From NCBI GenBank assembly GCA_022605425.2, contig CM061248.1, positions 1,302,001 to 1,366,000 on the forward strand: DNA of 64,000 bases. Direction: 5' to 3'. Position numbers and translations under genes: made by a program. The stretch comes from Hamiltosporidium tvaerminnensis FI-OER-3-3. Lineage: Eukaryota > Fungi > Microsporidia. Each line of letters opens with the position of its first letter. Positions within the stretch are counted from its first letter, which is position 1. Under the pieces are notes generated by a model. The model saw only the letters and a list, made by a program, of their open reading frames with translations. It made no database searches and was not told where the DNA came from. Of this stretch, positions 35,749-49,449 are shown piece after piece.

Positions 35749-37026
35749 TTAGGCAGGATAGTAATTTAGAAACATTTTTATATAGGTTAGATCAAAATCT
35801 TTAAGCATGAATATTTCACCGGCATACAAGTGAGACAAAATAATATTAACAATGTGTTCTAAAATTTTAATTGCAGTGAAATCAAGTTGTGTCACTGAGT
35901 ATAGACTGTCAAGATCAAATCCAACAAAAAAATATATATATCGAGAAAAATTATAGGATTTAGATAAACCTCTATAAAAATCAACGTTTTTACTATAATA
36001 ATATAGAAATAGTCTAATTAAGCCATCACAAGAGGATAATTTATCTGGAATAATTTCCAAAATAAAAAACTTGAATTCATTTTTTTCAACGGTTATCAGA
36101 TTATCTTTTTTTGATATTATAAGGAAGCTATTTATTTCCCAAGTGAAATCTTGTATTTTATTAAATATATCTAAAAATTTAAAAATTTCATCAAAATAAT
36201 TATTAAGGAACAAAAAGTCAATATTCGGGCGTGAACTTGGATCTTCTTTTAAAAAAAATGATATAAAATCGGTTGTCTCGTTATCCAAACTATTTGAATC
36301 GATGTATCCTAGGTAGCGTGTTTTAGTATAAATATAATATATCAAGGAACCCAAATACCAGATGTCAGTTTTACAGGTATAAGACGATCCATTTCGTATT
36401 TCAGGAGCCTTGTCTAAACCATCAGTACGTTCTTGTTCATTCTTTTTGCAATCATAATTTTTTACTGAATCTTTATTTAACAAATGTAAATCGTTGCCTA
36501 GAAATTTAACTTTATACGAATCAGTAAGTACAAACTTATGTAGGCTTAAGTTGCCATAAACATTATTCTTGAAATGACAAAATCTTAAACCATCCAAAAT
36601 TTGTTTTATAATGATCAAAATTTCAATTCGAATTAAACTTATTGTCATTATATAATTTTCCAATGTAAAAATACCCAATTCTAGTATATCAACCCAGTAT
36701 TTCTGGCTATTTATATAAATACAACCAAAACCATAGTATTTTACAATATATTCTGACGGATTTTGTAGATAGAAAGACGCCGTGCCTCTTACGAACCTAG
36801 AAAACTTTAAAACATAGCAGTTTCGCTCCATTATTTCCATACATTCATATACTTCAGAATTATTTCCGTCTGCTATCTTCTGAAAAATTACGAACTTTTT
36901 GAGTTCCTTGGAAGCCACCATACTTATCTCTATAACTTGATTAGCTTTTAAATATATTGCATCGCAATTTTCCTTATGATTTTTTGTCGATTTAATAATT
37001 TGAAGCCAGTAAAAGTACAAAATCAT
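35749..37026 (-). CDS. Pseudokinase paralog of the 30703 kinase, with signal-peptide-like N-terminus
   Basis: Collinear with the 30703 kinase (QNPSEYI.KYYGFG, LELG.FT, APE.R, DIW.LG, RP.ID.LF.NNY, VTQLDF). The catalytic loop is YGNLSLHK, there is no DFG (LGND instead), and the Gly loop is ADGNNS. Confidence 0.85.
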   Translation of the reverse strand: MILYFYWLQIIKSTKNHKENCDAIYLKANQVIEISMVASKELKKFVIFQKIADGNNSEVYECMEIMERNCYVLKFSRFVRGTASFYLQNPSEYIVKYYGFGCIYINSQKYWVDILELGIFTLENYIMTISLIRIEILIIIKQILDGLRFCHFKNNVYGNLSLHKFVLTDSYKVKFLGNDLHLLNKDSVKNYDCKKNEQERTDGLDKAPEIRNGSSYTCKTDIWYLGSLIYYIYTKTRYLGYIDSNSLDNETTDFISFFLKEDPSSRPNIDFLFLNNYFDEIFKFLDIFNKIQDFTWEINSFLIISKKDNLITVEKNEFKFFILEIIPDKLSSCDGLIRLFLYYYSKNVDFYRGLSKSYNFSRYIYFFVGFDLDSLYSVTQLDFTAIKILEHIVNIILSHLYAGEIFMLKDFDLTYIKMFLNYYPA

Positions 37027-38237
37027 TTTCTCTGAACGCTAAATTTTTTTACATAATAATATTTAAATTAAATATTAAAAAAATCCAGTTAATTAATTTA
37101 ATTTTAATATAAGATAATAAAAGAAGAATTAAAATTTTTTATCTAGAAGAACTACTTCTAGTTCAAAAAGAAGATTCACTATTTCTATAATTTTTTTTCT
37201 GTAATACTTCAAACAAAATGCTAAAACCTAATATGATTTTAGATACATAGATATTTAAATGTGTAAATAATGAATATTGATAAATACATGAGTCGAAAAA
37301 TTAAAACTATTCTAAGAAACTATCAATGACAAAATTTTTACATTTTATACATTTCTATTTTTATTATGAAAATTTAAATGCTCTACAAAACAAATTTAAT
37401 GAATATTAAATATTTGCTATAAAAGAACAAATTGAAATATTAATTAGTTCGAAAGAGCGCAATAATTTACATTAAAAAACATTTGTGCACTTAGTAATGA
37501 GATTTAGAAATGATGAAATTTCTATGGTGATTTACTAAGGAATGTATTAGATCTGTTCTATAAACAAATTACCTGGATATTGTTTTAATTAATTATATAT
37601 AGGAATTAATTTCTTTCGCAAATTAAGTTCTTGGATGGTTCTTCCGCCAATAAAAGAATACATTTTCGAAATTTTAAATTAAACCGATTCAATTAAATAA
37701 ATAGGTATAAAGCTCTACTCTCTGTATGATCATAAACCATTGAATATTAATAGATGCTTCTCTTTATCGCAGTCCAAAAAAAATTCCTATTTCCAAAATA
37801 CTAATGATACACCGAATATGCAAATAAAATTTTCTTCATATTTTATATTATTTTTGAATCAAATATTCAAATATTAGACATAAATCATGTCTTTTAATGA
37901 TAAGCTTAAGACCGAGCAAACAATACGTTTTCAATTGGTTTATCGATCTATGCTATAATTTAATTAAAAAAGTGAGGGTATTATATTAAACATGATTAGA
38001 ACAGTTTCAAAATGAATTAAGAGGCATTTTGAATAAGTACATTATCGATTTAATTTATTTATTCATTAATTCTCTTGAATATATAAATGAATCAGAAATG
38101 CGGCGACTTAATAAAAAAAAGTCTAGTTATCCAAGTTATAAAAATAAAAAGTGCAAATAAAATTTAAGTACATTTCTAATCGATATATTGGTTTATTTTG
38201 TTATGTGTGTTTATAAAATATTTATTAGATATAAAGA

Positions 38238-38895
38238 CAGGAGAGAAGATAAGTACATCGAAAACTATCTGCTCATACATGTTTATGTAAATGTGGCGCG
38301 AATTCCTTGTATAAAGTTTTACTGTGTTGAAAACACAGTAAATTTCCTGTTGTTCCGGGATAATATATAGATAAGAGAAAGGTTTTACAAAATAAGGATA
38401 TTTTTTTTCTACAGACATAGTTTATAGGTTTCTATAAACTAAATTAAGACCCTGTTTAAAATTTTAGGTAACTACCATGCAGATGCATGAAAAACTAGCC
38501 TTTCTCATCCTGGTTTGAAGTTTAGGCGATTGGGTATGCAAAAAACTATAAAGTTTGGTAGCACGTAATACTGGTTGATACGGCATTGCAGAGTCGAGGA
38601 GAAACTCATGTTTTCACCTGGGTTAATCTTAGCCGGAAGTATATAACGTTCAATGTGTAGAGAAAGTGCGAAATCTGCTAGTCTTTAGACGCTCATTGGG
38701 ATTTTCTTTGACTATAATCTTCTGGAAATTGCCCGTCGATCAAATAAGTGCCATCCTTTTGAAGCAAACCCTTGAGGTTTGATGTATATGGATACCGATA
38801 AGGTATTGAGAGTTTAGTTATCTATGTTGAATCCTAAACAGCATTAATTCCATAAAGAAATAATATATGCCGCATTTTTGAAATGATGTGTTTCT
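38238..38895 (+). mobile_element. Highly diverged copy of the ~720-nt structured non-coding repeat family
   Basis: GGAGAGAAGATAAGTACATCGAAAACTATCTGCT at the 5' end, TAGGTAACTACCATGCA...CTAGCCTTTCTCA in the core, and ATATGCCGCATTTTTGAAATGATGTG at the 3' end. Confidence 0.7.
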
Positions 38896-39170
38896 ATTTG
38901 ATAAATTTTTAAAGATTTTGATAAAAAAAAATATAATTATATTTAAAGTGTAGGAACTATTTAAATTAGATTTATACCTAAAATACTCTAAATATCGAAA
39001 AAAATCCATTCTATGTGATTCGTTTAATTCACAGTTTAAATATTTTATAAAAAATACTACCATGTTTCATTTTAAAACCGGAAAAGTTATTGTTTCAGAA
39101 TCATTATCTTCAAACATAGCTTTAATAAGTATATTCTTATTGAAATCCTCACAAACAAAAAAATTTAAAC

Positions 39171-41700
39171 TCAATTTAATATTATATAAAAAAAGTTTAA
39201 GAATATCAGGTGGCAATGAAAAGATGAGTCAGAATCGATCTGACATAATAAACAAAAAAAATCTAGTAGAAGTACAAAACAAACGTGAAAAGAAAAAAAA
39301 TTAGAAGATAATCGTACCAAAAAAACATTTAAAAGATTAAAATCAAAGAGTAAACACAGCAATAAATATTAAAATCTTTTACTTTGCAATTAACTTTAAC
39401 ATTCTAGAGATATTAAAGATTTTTTTCGATTGATTCACCTAGCAACATCTGAAAAATTGTAAGACGTTTGATTTCTTATTATATAAAAGTATTATAGCCT
39501 TTCGAAGTAGTTCAAAAATTGATTTTCAGTAAAATCTTCGTTATTGTTTGATGGCTCTATTTTTAACTCAACCAAGGTTACTTTTATAACTTCATTGCAC
39601 AAATTATGATATATTTCAGAAAGTGTGTTTTTGGTTTTGATTAATATCAATGCTTTAATTTTTAAACTAGAAATATATTTAATATCATCCTTCCTCATCG
39701 GAGAACTTTCGATATGAAGAGAAGCTATAACTCTAGCAGAAGGTAAAACACCAATAATTAAAGGCAAAAACGAATCAAATGTTGAAAAACGAATTTTTAA
39801 ATTTTTTAAATTAGGAATTCTTTCAAATATCTTATATTCTAAAGGAGTAAATTTATAATCTCGTATTTTCAAAGTCACAAGAGTTTTAGAAAGTTTATTT
39901 TCATACAGTTGTCCAAAAGAATTCAGATGAATTTTTACGTCACTAAAATTCATAATGTTAATATTTTCATATTTAAAAATATAATATAAACCAGCATTTG
40001 AAAAGGGGGAAATTGATATTTACTTAATTTCTTCAACTGTTTTGGTAATATTTGAGTTGCTCAATTCTAAAAAATTACTTATTGTATCACCGCAAACGCT
40101 AACTTTTAAAACTGTCAAAGCAGTAGAACAAGATAAATTCTTTAAAAACAAAGCAAAGATTGAGCTACCAGAGTTATCAATATGTACATATTCTAATGTT
40201 TCAAAGGAATTAATTTTATGATTAATAGCTGTCCATGGATTATCGAATTTTAAATCTTTAATTGAAATATATTCTAAACAAGAAAATTTGAATAAAAATA
40301 TCAAGAAACTTAAATCGTGATCAAAATTCTGCAAACAGAGGAACCTTTTGCATTCTTAAAAAACCTCATAATTAAAATTTTGATCCCAATTTAAATTTTT
40401 TATTTCACATCTTTCAAAGCAAAGACTTTTTAACTTTGAAAGTAGAATAAAATTTACATTCAAACGATTAATTTTCATGTCAGAAAATATCATTTCATTT
40501 AAATTCGGAAAATATATATCTAAATCCATGGACCTCGATTTACAGAACGTTCATATGAGATATTTAAACATTCTAAATTCTCAAATTTACTTAAATACGA
40601 AAGAATTTCACTTGTCATTGTATGCTTTCTAATATAAGTTTTTTAAAAATTTTTTTATAAATATTTTTTGTAAAAATTAAACAAAATTTCTTTAAGGTAT
40701 CAGTTTGATCAGAAATTCTACTAGCATGTTTATTACGCAAAATCATGGGATCTTGATTGGAAGCCAATTCCATAGAATCTTCACAGCTATCCTCCGGGGC
40801 CAACCCTATTGACGTTATATTTGAGAGATTTAACAATCGAACAAATATATTGTTTTTGTGATCCTTCTTCAAAAATTGAGTCCATATAATTACAGCTGTT
40901 TTATCGATTATTAAATTGTAGGAGTCGAAATATTCGAGATTGAGTTTATTTTGTGTATGATTGGGAGAATATTTACACGAAACTTTCATATTTCTTGTTT
41001 TCATACTCACAAAAAAATCATGACTTTCAAATAATTAACTATAAAACGCAAACAAAATGTCCTGTTGAAATAGGTTTGAAAAATTTAACATAAATTTATA
41101 TCTGTAATATCATCTGATATTCCATTCTTTATCAAAGAAAATACCACACCAGAGTAGTCAGTATCTCTTTTAGGAATTAAATATTTAAAAAATTCCAATA
41201 TAGCCATAAGTTGACCCATACTAAGTCCTTCGCTGCTATCGTTGATTTTTAGATTAGTTACTAAACTTAGAAATCTCAAGAGCAATTTCGGTGAAATGAT
41301 TTTTTCCAGATATATTGTACTTATTAAAAAATGATTATTTTCTAAATCGTTTTCGAAGTGCCCGAACCTAACCTTGAATGTTTTCTCACAATCAAAATGA
41401 AGGATAATAACATCTTTGATTACCCACGAAATGCTCTGAAGCGTAGAAACATCAATTTCTCGTTTATAATAAATACCAATAAATTTTTCATTTTGATCGA
41501 AAATACCTCTTTCATGGCTATATTCTATTTCTTCAAAACACTTTAACCAGGGACTAATATTTGTGAATTCAAGTCACCAAAATATTATTTTTACATTTTA
41601 TATTCAACAAATTCAACAGTATATTCCAACTAATTAGTACACTCAGCAAATTCGAATTATAAATTTTACAAAATTTATCTAATCGAAAAAAAACCATGGG
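39171..41700 (-). pseudogene. Fragmented leucine-rich-repeat family gene
   Basis: Consecutive same-strand ORF fragments (41085-41285, 40615-41010, 40020-40334, 39492-39953) with LxxLxI patterns (PNLKNLKI, TLVELKI, CLEYISI), separated by stops and frameshifts. Confidence 0.7.
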
Positions 41701-44076
41701 TAATATTTTACGATAAAACAATTTAATCATTCTCTAATATAATCATTTGTAATTTTCTTTTATTAGGCACTCTTTTTCATTAATTACATTTTTTCGAATA
41801 TTTTTAACGATTTTTGTTCTTTTTTTTTAAAAAAAAATATTTCATATGCTTTTTTGGGAAAAATAATTGATCTTAAAATATTCGTTTTTTGGTAGCTAAA
41901 AATATTTTTTTTAATGTACAACTTTCTACTAATAAATTCTAGGTATAAATAGATAGAAAGAAATGCATCAATAAAGTAGATCATACCACCAATTTAGATA
42001 TAAGAATATAGAATTGATTTTTATATAATATCATCTTAGTTTATATTTTGAATTTTTCATGGTCTTAAAGTGCATTTATATATTCTAGTTTATAAACCTC
42101 AAGAGATTTACTATTATACGTTTGAAATCAAGAGTACGCCTTAATGGTTAATGAATTGGGTCTTATTTGTAAATATAGAACCAGTTTAATTCTCTCTATG
42201 ATATACTAAAATAGAATAGTATTTTAACCAAATACAAAGATTTAATTTATCAAAACTAGAACTCTATTAAGAAGATATACATAGAAATAAATGGTTCATA
42301 AATACATTTGAGGCTATTTATTTTCATCGATAAAATGATCAAAACCAAATACCTATCTGTGCCAAAAGAATCTTAAGATCTATAAATAGAGCCGAAATAC
42401 ATAAAATTTAAATATCTTAATTACCAGGCAGGTCAAAAAAAACGAAGGTATTATTCAATTTAAATACATTAATTTTAAACTACTGTTTTTCATGATACAA
42501 TTGCAGACGAATATTCTTTAAGAAAACTAATATTAGAGCCAGATAAACGAACAGGGTGAAAAAGCGGCAAAGGAAGTTAATAATGAAAAAATACATTGAT
42601 AATACTTAACCTGGCATTTAGATGAAACTATATGTTTTTTTTTAACACATCACTCAATAGCGAATAAATCATAAAAAAGAGAATATTAAAAAGGAAATAA
42701 AAGTGCAATTTTCCGAGCTTCTACTTCGAAACTAAATTAAAAAAATTAAAAAATTAAAAAATATATTTATTTCCTTTAAAAGCATATAAAAAATATTTAT
42801 TTAAAAAAATGCAGAAATTTTATTATTTTAGAAACCAAAGAAAAAGATAAGATAATCAAAAAATTGATCAAGAACAGATTATATCTTGAAATCAATAAAT
42901 TTTTTTAAAATTATATTAATTTAGTTAATATAAGCACTAAGGAATAAGATATATCTATGAAAATAAATTTTAAATGAACAGTGATAGCAAACCAATAAAA
43001 ACCAAGCAACAAGTTTTTATAAGAACTGATTATTTTAGAAGAATTTCAAGGTACAAATAATTATTGTGGGTAACAGATTTGTAATAATCTTGAGAAACCA
43101 AACTTCTATATTGAATTTCTTTACTATCTCTTTTTTCAAGCACTTTAAAATTATAAAATATTAAATAGATGTCTTCTGAAAAATTGATACAAATGTGCAA
43201 AATTGTAATCAAGTATTTCCGTGGTTTCAATTTAGTAATATGAATTGTGAAAAAGTAAAGAAGATATGCGAAAATTTATTGGTGAAAAGATTATGTCGAG
43301 TTAAGCTGATTCCTATCTCATCTTTTAGAATAAATTGTTATTTTGTATCTTGGCTACAGTTTCAAACATTTTCCGTTCTTCTATTTTAATTTCCGAAATA
43401 TTTTGTCTATTTAGATGATTTAAATAATCGCACGTAAAAATATTTTTTTGAACCCAACAAATAAACCCTTTCGTTTTACTTTGCGATATCGTTTTTATAA
43501 AATTCATTTTCGAAATATATTGTAGAAAAAAAAATGTTCTTAGAACTTTAGATTCTTGTTTCAATCAGATAAAAAATTGCAATAAACACTCTAAGTTTTG
43601 TTTTTTATTAATTATTAGAATGGCTCTAGCGGACTGAATGATACTCATAATTAAAAAATCATGTTAAGAATAACTAAGTTAGAAATTTTTTAACCTCAAT
43701 TCATTCAAATAGCTTTAAAATTTACTGTTGTAAGAAAATATTCGATTTATATATTTTTGTAAGAAAATGAATATTTCAACCCACTTTGTATATACATACG
43801 GTCAAAAATCTAACAAATAATTCGTTAACTAAAATCATATAAAAATTATTTTTTTTATATATTCTGAATAGAGATTATCACTTTAAAAGCTCATAAAATA
43901 TTTAAAAAATTTATCATTAAAAAAAAACTTATAAAAAATCTTATAAAAATTTCAAATGACTTTATTTACAAGAAAAAAATATTCAAAATAACTCATAAAA
44001 AGTGACTACAAACATGAATTTCTTAATCTCATATTTGTAAAAAATCGTTTACATTATTAATTTGCGATAAAACAAT

Positions 44077-44823
44077 TTATATGATTCTTAAATTTTTCAA
44101 TATTAATGGTACAATCTGAATCAGAAAAGATATGGAAATTAGTATGCAAAAAATAACCATTTGTTTCTTTTCACAATGTGGAAGCGCGCCTTCTTTTATA
44201 CCATCAATAGTATTTGAGTATCCCCAATCTTGTTTTAGTGAAGTTTCTAAAGATGCAAGGAACAAAATAGATCCACATACACTAAAAATTCCTGCAAATA
44301 GAATATTACAAACATGAAATTTTATAAGCATAAATCCTATGATTCCTACACAAATAAATATTAAAACTTTGGTTATATTATTTTCAATTCCAAGTTTTTG
44401 AAAAATACGTTCGGGATATTTAGCACGATATACCAGTATGAGTATAATTGCATATAAAACCATTAATGCCATTGTCATAAAAAACAGAAGAATGATACTG
44501 AGTATAAATGAAAGCAACAACACAATTAACTCTATTATTTTTATATTTTCATAACAATAATCGACACTATCTTTAAAATAATATGGCGGTATTTTTATTA
44601 TATCACGATCTTCATCTATTGCACTCTTTAGAAATTCTAGTATTTCAAAAAACACACAAATTAGTATAATACTAAGTAAAAATGTAAACGAGATTTTTTC
44701 GTATTTTATTCCTATAAACATTATAAAGACCGAAAATATAAATAAAACAATCAGTTGTATTTTTTTATAATTTCCATCGTGTCTTTCGTCAATACCATTC
44801 ACTAATTTGTAAAAATATGCCAT
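44077..44823 (-). CDS. Multi-pass membrane protein, TMEM198/DUF4203-like; paralog A
   Basis: About 7 hydrophobic segments; FIMFIGIKYEKISFTF. Shares F..LGI.N, LFA..FS..GS, LET.LKQ.WGY with the neighbouring gene. First ATG at 44823. Confidence 0.7.
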   Translation of the reverse strand: MAYFYKLVNGIDERHDGNYKKIQLIVLFIFSVFIMFIGIKYEKISFTFLLSIILICVFFEILEFLKSAIDEDRDIIKIPPYYFKDSVDYCYENIKIIELIVLLLSFILSIILLFFMTMALMVLYAIILILVYRAKYPERIFQKLGIENNITKVLIFICVGIIGFMLIKFHVCNILFAGIFSVCGSILFLASLETSLKQDWGYSNTIDGIKEGALPHCEKKQMVIFCILISISFLIQIVPLILKNLRII

Positions 44824-45272
44824 CAATCTTTCATTTCATTAAAATATAAAGACTCCTTTTTTCGGAAAATCCAATAATTTACCAATTATATCGAATCTAG
44901 AATTTCAAGATTAATTAAACTGCTTATCTATTCTATCAATTCAATAAAATGCCAAATTAAAATCCGAAACTTATTCCAATAGGTTTTAGATATAAATTTG
45001 GAAGTTTTTCTGAGTTTAATTTTTAAGACTTGAAATATATTCGAAAATTAAATAAATATATATAAAACGCACAATCTAATGGTTTTGAAAATAATTGTTT
45101 GTAATTTTTTTAATAAAAGGTCTTTGAATCCGAAAATTGTCGAATTAATTAAATTAAAATCAAAAAAAACTACCAAATAAATTAAAGTAAAAGCTAAAAA
45201 ACTACTAAATTAATTAAATAAAAAAAATATGCCTTTAAACAACAAAACTTTACTCTTTAAGAACAAGGAAAT

Positions 45273-46040
45273 CTATGCAGAGAAAATGATAGAGCTTAGC
45301 TGTATACCAAATGATACCGCAACCATTATGCTCAAAATAAGAAGGGAATCAGAACGTAGTTCTGGCAAAATTCTGTTTTGTAAATTTCGAAAAGCACTTT
45401 CATATCCCCATTTTTGCTTTAAAAACGTTTCTAATGTTATTAGAAGCAATACCGATCCCAAGAAACTAAATAAAAGGGCAAACAATACCTCGTTAAGTTT
45501 TACAGCGATTATAAAAAAGCCAACGACTGCTACTGTAACAAATATAATCCCTCTCAATACTTCGTTTTGAATACCAAGTTCTGCAAATGCAGTTATATGA
45601 AAACCTTCTTTATAGACAAAAATAAGTAAAATGGCATAAAACAAGGCAAATATTCCTCTGAAAATAGAAAGTATAATTGTAGCTAGAACAACAGAAATCG
45701 CAATAATTAATAAATGCACAATATGAGGATTATTAAGGGCGTATGAAACATATTCTTTATACGTATTGGGAGACAAAAAAAGAAAATTCTGGCCATTCTT
45801 ATAAGCAAACTCAGCTTTTTTCAAGATGTCATAACATGTACACATTCCCAATAAACCAATTAACATTGCCAATGAAATTGTCATATATTGAATTCCTATT
45901 AGCATGAGAAATAGAGCAATAGAAAAAAGAATAAAAATCTGCAAATACTTTATTATTCCTTCATAATTTCTAGTTATATTATCTAAAAAGGTTGTAAAGT
46001 ATGAACATTTTGTATTCAGTAAAAAAAGAAAAAAAATCAT
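45273..46040 (-). CDS. Multi-pass membrane protein, TMEM198/DUF4203-like; paralog B
   Basis: Tandem paralog of 44077 with an extra signal-peptide-like start MIFFLFLLNTKCS; ends in SFGIQL. Confidence 0.7.
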   Translation of the reverse strand: MIFFLFLLNTKCSYFTTFLDNITRNYEGIIKYLQIFILFSIALFLMLIGIQYMTISLAMLIGLLGMCTCYDILKKAEFAYKNGQNFLFLSPNTYKEYVSYALNNPHIVHLLIIAISVVLATIILSIFRGIFALFYAILLIFVYKEGFHITAFAELGIQNEVLRGIIFVTVAVVGFFIIAVKLNEVLFALLFSFLGSVLLLITLETFLKQKWGYESAFRNLQNRILPELRSDSLLILSIMVAVSFGIQLSSIIFSA

Positions 46041-46899
46041 TAATCTTTTCCTTTTTTGGAAGATTTATAATATTTATTGTCCAATTAAATATTTACGAAG
46101 AAAATAATTAGTTGGATCTTTAAAGAGTAACAAATCAATGAAAAAATAGATAAATTGTAAATTAAAATAATTACGAATTTAGTTGAAAATAAACTTTTTA
46201 TACAAATATTGTATTTTTTTGTAAAATAAGATAAACCTGAGTTCAATTTAACATAGAAAAGTATTTTATTGAATTTTTGTTTGGAAAAATAATATAATTA
46301 TGATTTTGCCAATTTATAGGGTTTCTATTTTTTTTGAAATCAAAGGAAAATCATCTGTCACTGTAAATAAATCTAACTCTATGCTTGTCAAAAATACTGA
46401 ACTATTCTAAATATTTACACTGAAATATCGATTAAATATTTCATATTTATTTTAATTTTATATTTAACAGGTAAATTATTTTTAAAATATATTTTAAAAA
46501 ACTATATTCAAAAAAATACAACGACAAAAAATGCTCACACAAAGTTAAACTACTTAAAAATCTTGGATTTTGAAACCTTAATTTTGAATTTAAATATTTC
46601 TTTAACTAAATAGAAATTTATAAAAAAAAAGTATTGAACTAATTTTAGATTTATATCGGGCGTCTTCGTATTAACTTATTCAGTAAATACAATGAAATTG
46701 TTATAGATCATTAGATACTTTAAATATTTGATATTAATAAGAATCAATTCAATTCCTTAGAAAAAAAAGTTGCATTGATCGTTTTACAAGTACATCAAGA
46801 AAATATATATTTAAAATTAAAAATGATTGTAATCAATTTATTATTGAATTTGACGAATGTTTATATTAATTCAGAAGACCTAGGTAATAAGTAAATTGG

Positions 46900-48112
46900 C
46901 ATATGTATTGTTTTCGCGTCATTATATTACTTGTTCTATTCTCTAGAAATTATTCTTTATAATTTTTCGACTAACAATACGGTTTATAAATTAAATGTTA
47001 TGTTTCGGAATATTTTGAGTAGTGTTTACATTTAGAGGGCAGAAACATCATGAAGAGCTTATCTATATTTTATTGCATTGTATAAAACCAAGTTATGTCT
47101 TTTCAGTCTTCTGTTTATCATTTATTTTTTTTAAAACATATTCTATACTAGAAAGATTCGGATTATAATTAGGAATATAAAGATCTAAAATGAAGTGTAT
47201 ATCTTACAAGTGATATATTTATATAATACACCCTGTAATACTTTATTGAATAATTCTATATTCCTCCAGAAAGATTTTCTTAATATAAAGTGTAAAAATT
47301 TAATTAGCCCGAAAATAACATTTATAAATCTAATATCCTAAGAGCACTAATATTTTGAAATATTGAAAACTAATTCATAGTTAAATTTTACTCCAACAAA
47401 TTTTTTGTCTAAAATAAATCTATTATATCTTTTATTTCAAATTTTGACAATTGTTTTATTAATAATCCAATCACATCTTGCTATTTTTATATTTAAAGAG
47501 AAGTATCCAATATTTTATACGAAGCTCAATAATATTCTTTTATAGAGTTAAAATGTTTCATTTAAGGAATTTTTGCAACAACGTGTTTATTTGCTAGTTT
47601 AAATTTATTTTCCACAGTTGCAAAATCTATAAATTTTTTTTTGACCTGTATTTTTGTTGCTCTTGTATTCAATCCAAAAGGAAATTTTTCGTAGTATTTT
47701 AATCCAAGCTCCATATTATTGTCAAATATTTATATAAACAACCATGGAATTTCAAAAAACTGAAATTAAACTTTTTTTGATGTATGATTTCCAAGAGTAG
47801 TTCGTTAGCATTAATTCGATCAAATATCAGTGCCAGTATTTATCACATATTCTGATATATATAGGTTTAGGCCTATTTAATCATCCCAGACCGTTTTTTA
47901 AGTAAAAAAATCATTTGTTAACGTTTCAATTAAAGATTGTTTTTCGTAAAAGTGAATTTTGTTTATTGATCTCTTAATGATTCAATAGTCGAAACAACTT
48001 CTTTCTACGGATAATTTAGATCTTTAATCATTGGCAATATAAGGATACACGTATTTGCATAACATATCAAGAACCATAACGAACAATGTAAAAACGTAAA
48101 ACAAGGCATCAT
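46900..48112 (-). pseudogene. Probable decayed secreted-protein gene
   Basis: Hydrophobic 5' segment near 48110, followed by a coding-like frame with scattered stops (KYVYPYIAND*RSKLSVERSCFDY*IIKRS...). The 3' end is uncertain. Confidence 0.35.
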
Positions 48113-49449
48113 GGTATAAACTAACCATAATACATTCCCAATTCTGTTAATAAATCAAGCAGAAAACCAAACGTTTTCTTTTAAGAACCACATACTATAA
48201 AATTAATAAAAACCTATAAAATACGTAAATTAGCTATATTTTAAATACTATCGTTACTTAGTTTGGTCTGAAGTACCCGCGCACAATACCCAAATCAAAA
48301 ACTTATATAAATTTTATAGGTTCAAGAGTTTTGTAATGTTACTTACTTCGAAAGGTTTTATAGAAATATATCGCTCTTGAGTTGTGTTTTTTCTAAAAAT
48401 TACGAAGCTCTTGACAGTATTTAAGTAAATTCCAAATATTAAAGATTTCTATTAACGAATTTTTTTATAATTATAATTGATTGATAAGGAAATTTTAAAT
48501 TAAATTAAATAAATTAAACACACTTAATTGGAGACTTAAAATATCGTAATTGGTTTTAACGAAGCGAAGAATAGCTTTGAAAAGTTATAACAACAAAAAT
48601 TGTAAATATTAGAACATTTTTCCAACTTTAATGTATAAATTTTAAGTTGAGTAGAGTTATCTACGATAACCAAAGCATTTTTATTAATATTTGGATCAAA
48701 ACTGCATTTTTTTTAAAATTTATTGAATTTCCCAATTTTAGAATATTCAAAAAATCTAATATATGTCTAAAGTAATTCTAAAATTTTTTATTTTTTCTTT
48801 CAACTTTATATAAAGAGCACTATTAAAACGATCTAAAAATCCAACTTAAACGGCCATAAACGACATTATAATAACTTTAAAATACCATTTCCTCCACTTC
48901 AAGTTATACTAGCAAATTATTTTCTGTTTTAGATAACTCTTATATAAAAAGAGTCAAAATTGCTTTTTTCACTTTAAATTATGTTTAAACGAATATATAT
49001 TTCGATATTTAAATCGGTTAACATATATTTTAAAACCAATTTATAAATTTTTCTTGGTAAGTGTATCGAATTATACTGTTTAAGCATGCACCATTAGCCC
49101 CAGTAATATATATACGCAGATATAACATATATTTACATGAAATTATCATACACAGAGAAACCAGATTGTAAAAGCCCGAATATAATTTATGATAGTTGAT
49201 CAACGATATCGCATTTAAATTAATAAAAATACAACTTTTTTGCAGTTCGATTAATCTCAAATTTTTTTATCTTCAATAAAACCCTAGATTGTTTGTTTAA
49301 ATTCATCTCTTAATTTTAATCATCGATTCTTTTCTTCAACTTAAAAATAAACAAAAACCCAAAAGAAAACATTTAATTAACAAATACCAACCACATCACT
49401 AAATAATCACTTTAACACATTTTTTATAATAAACACAAAACCCATCCCT

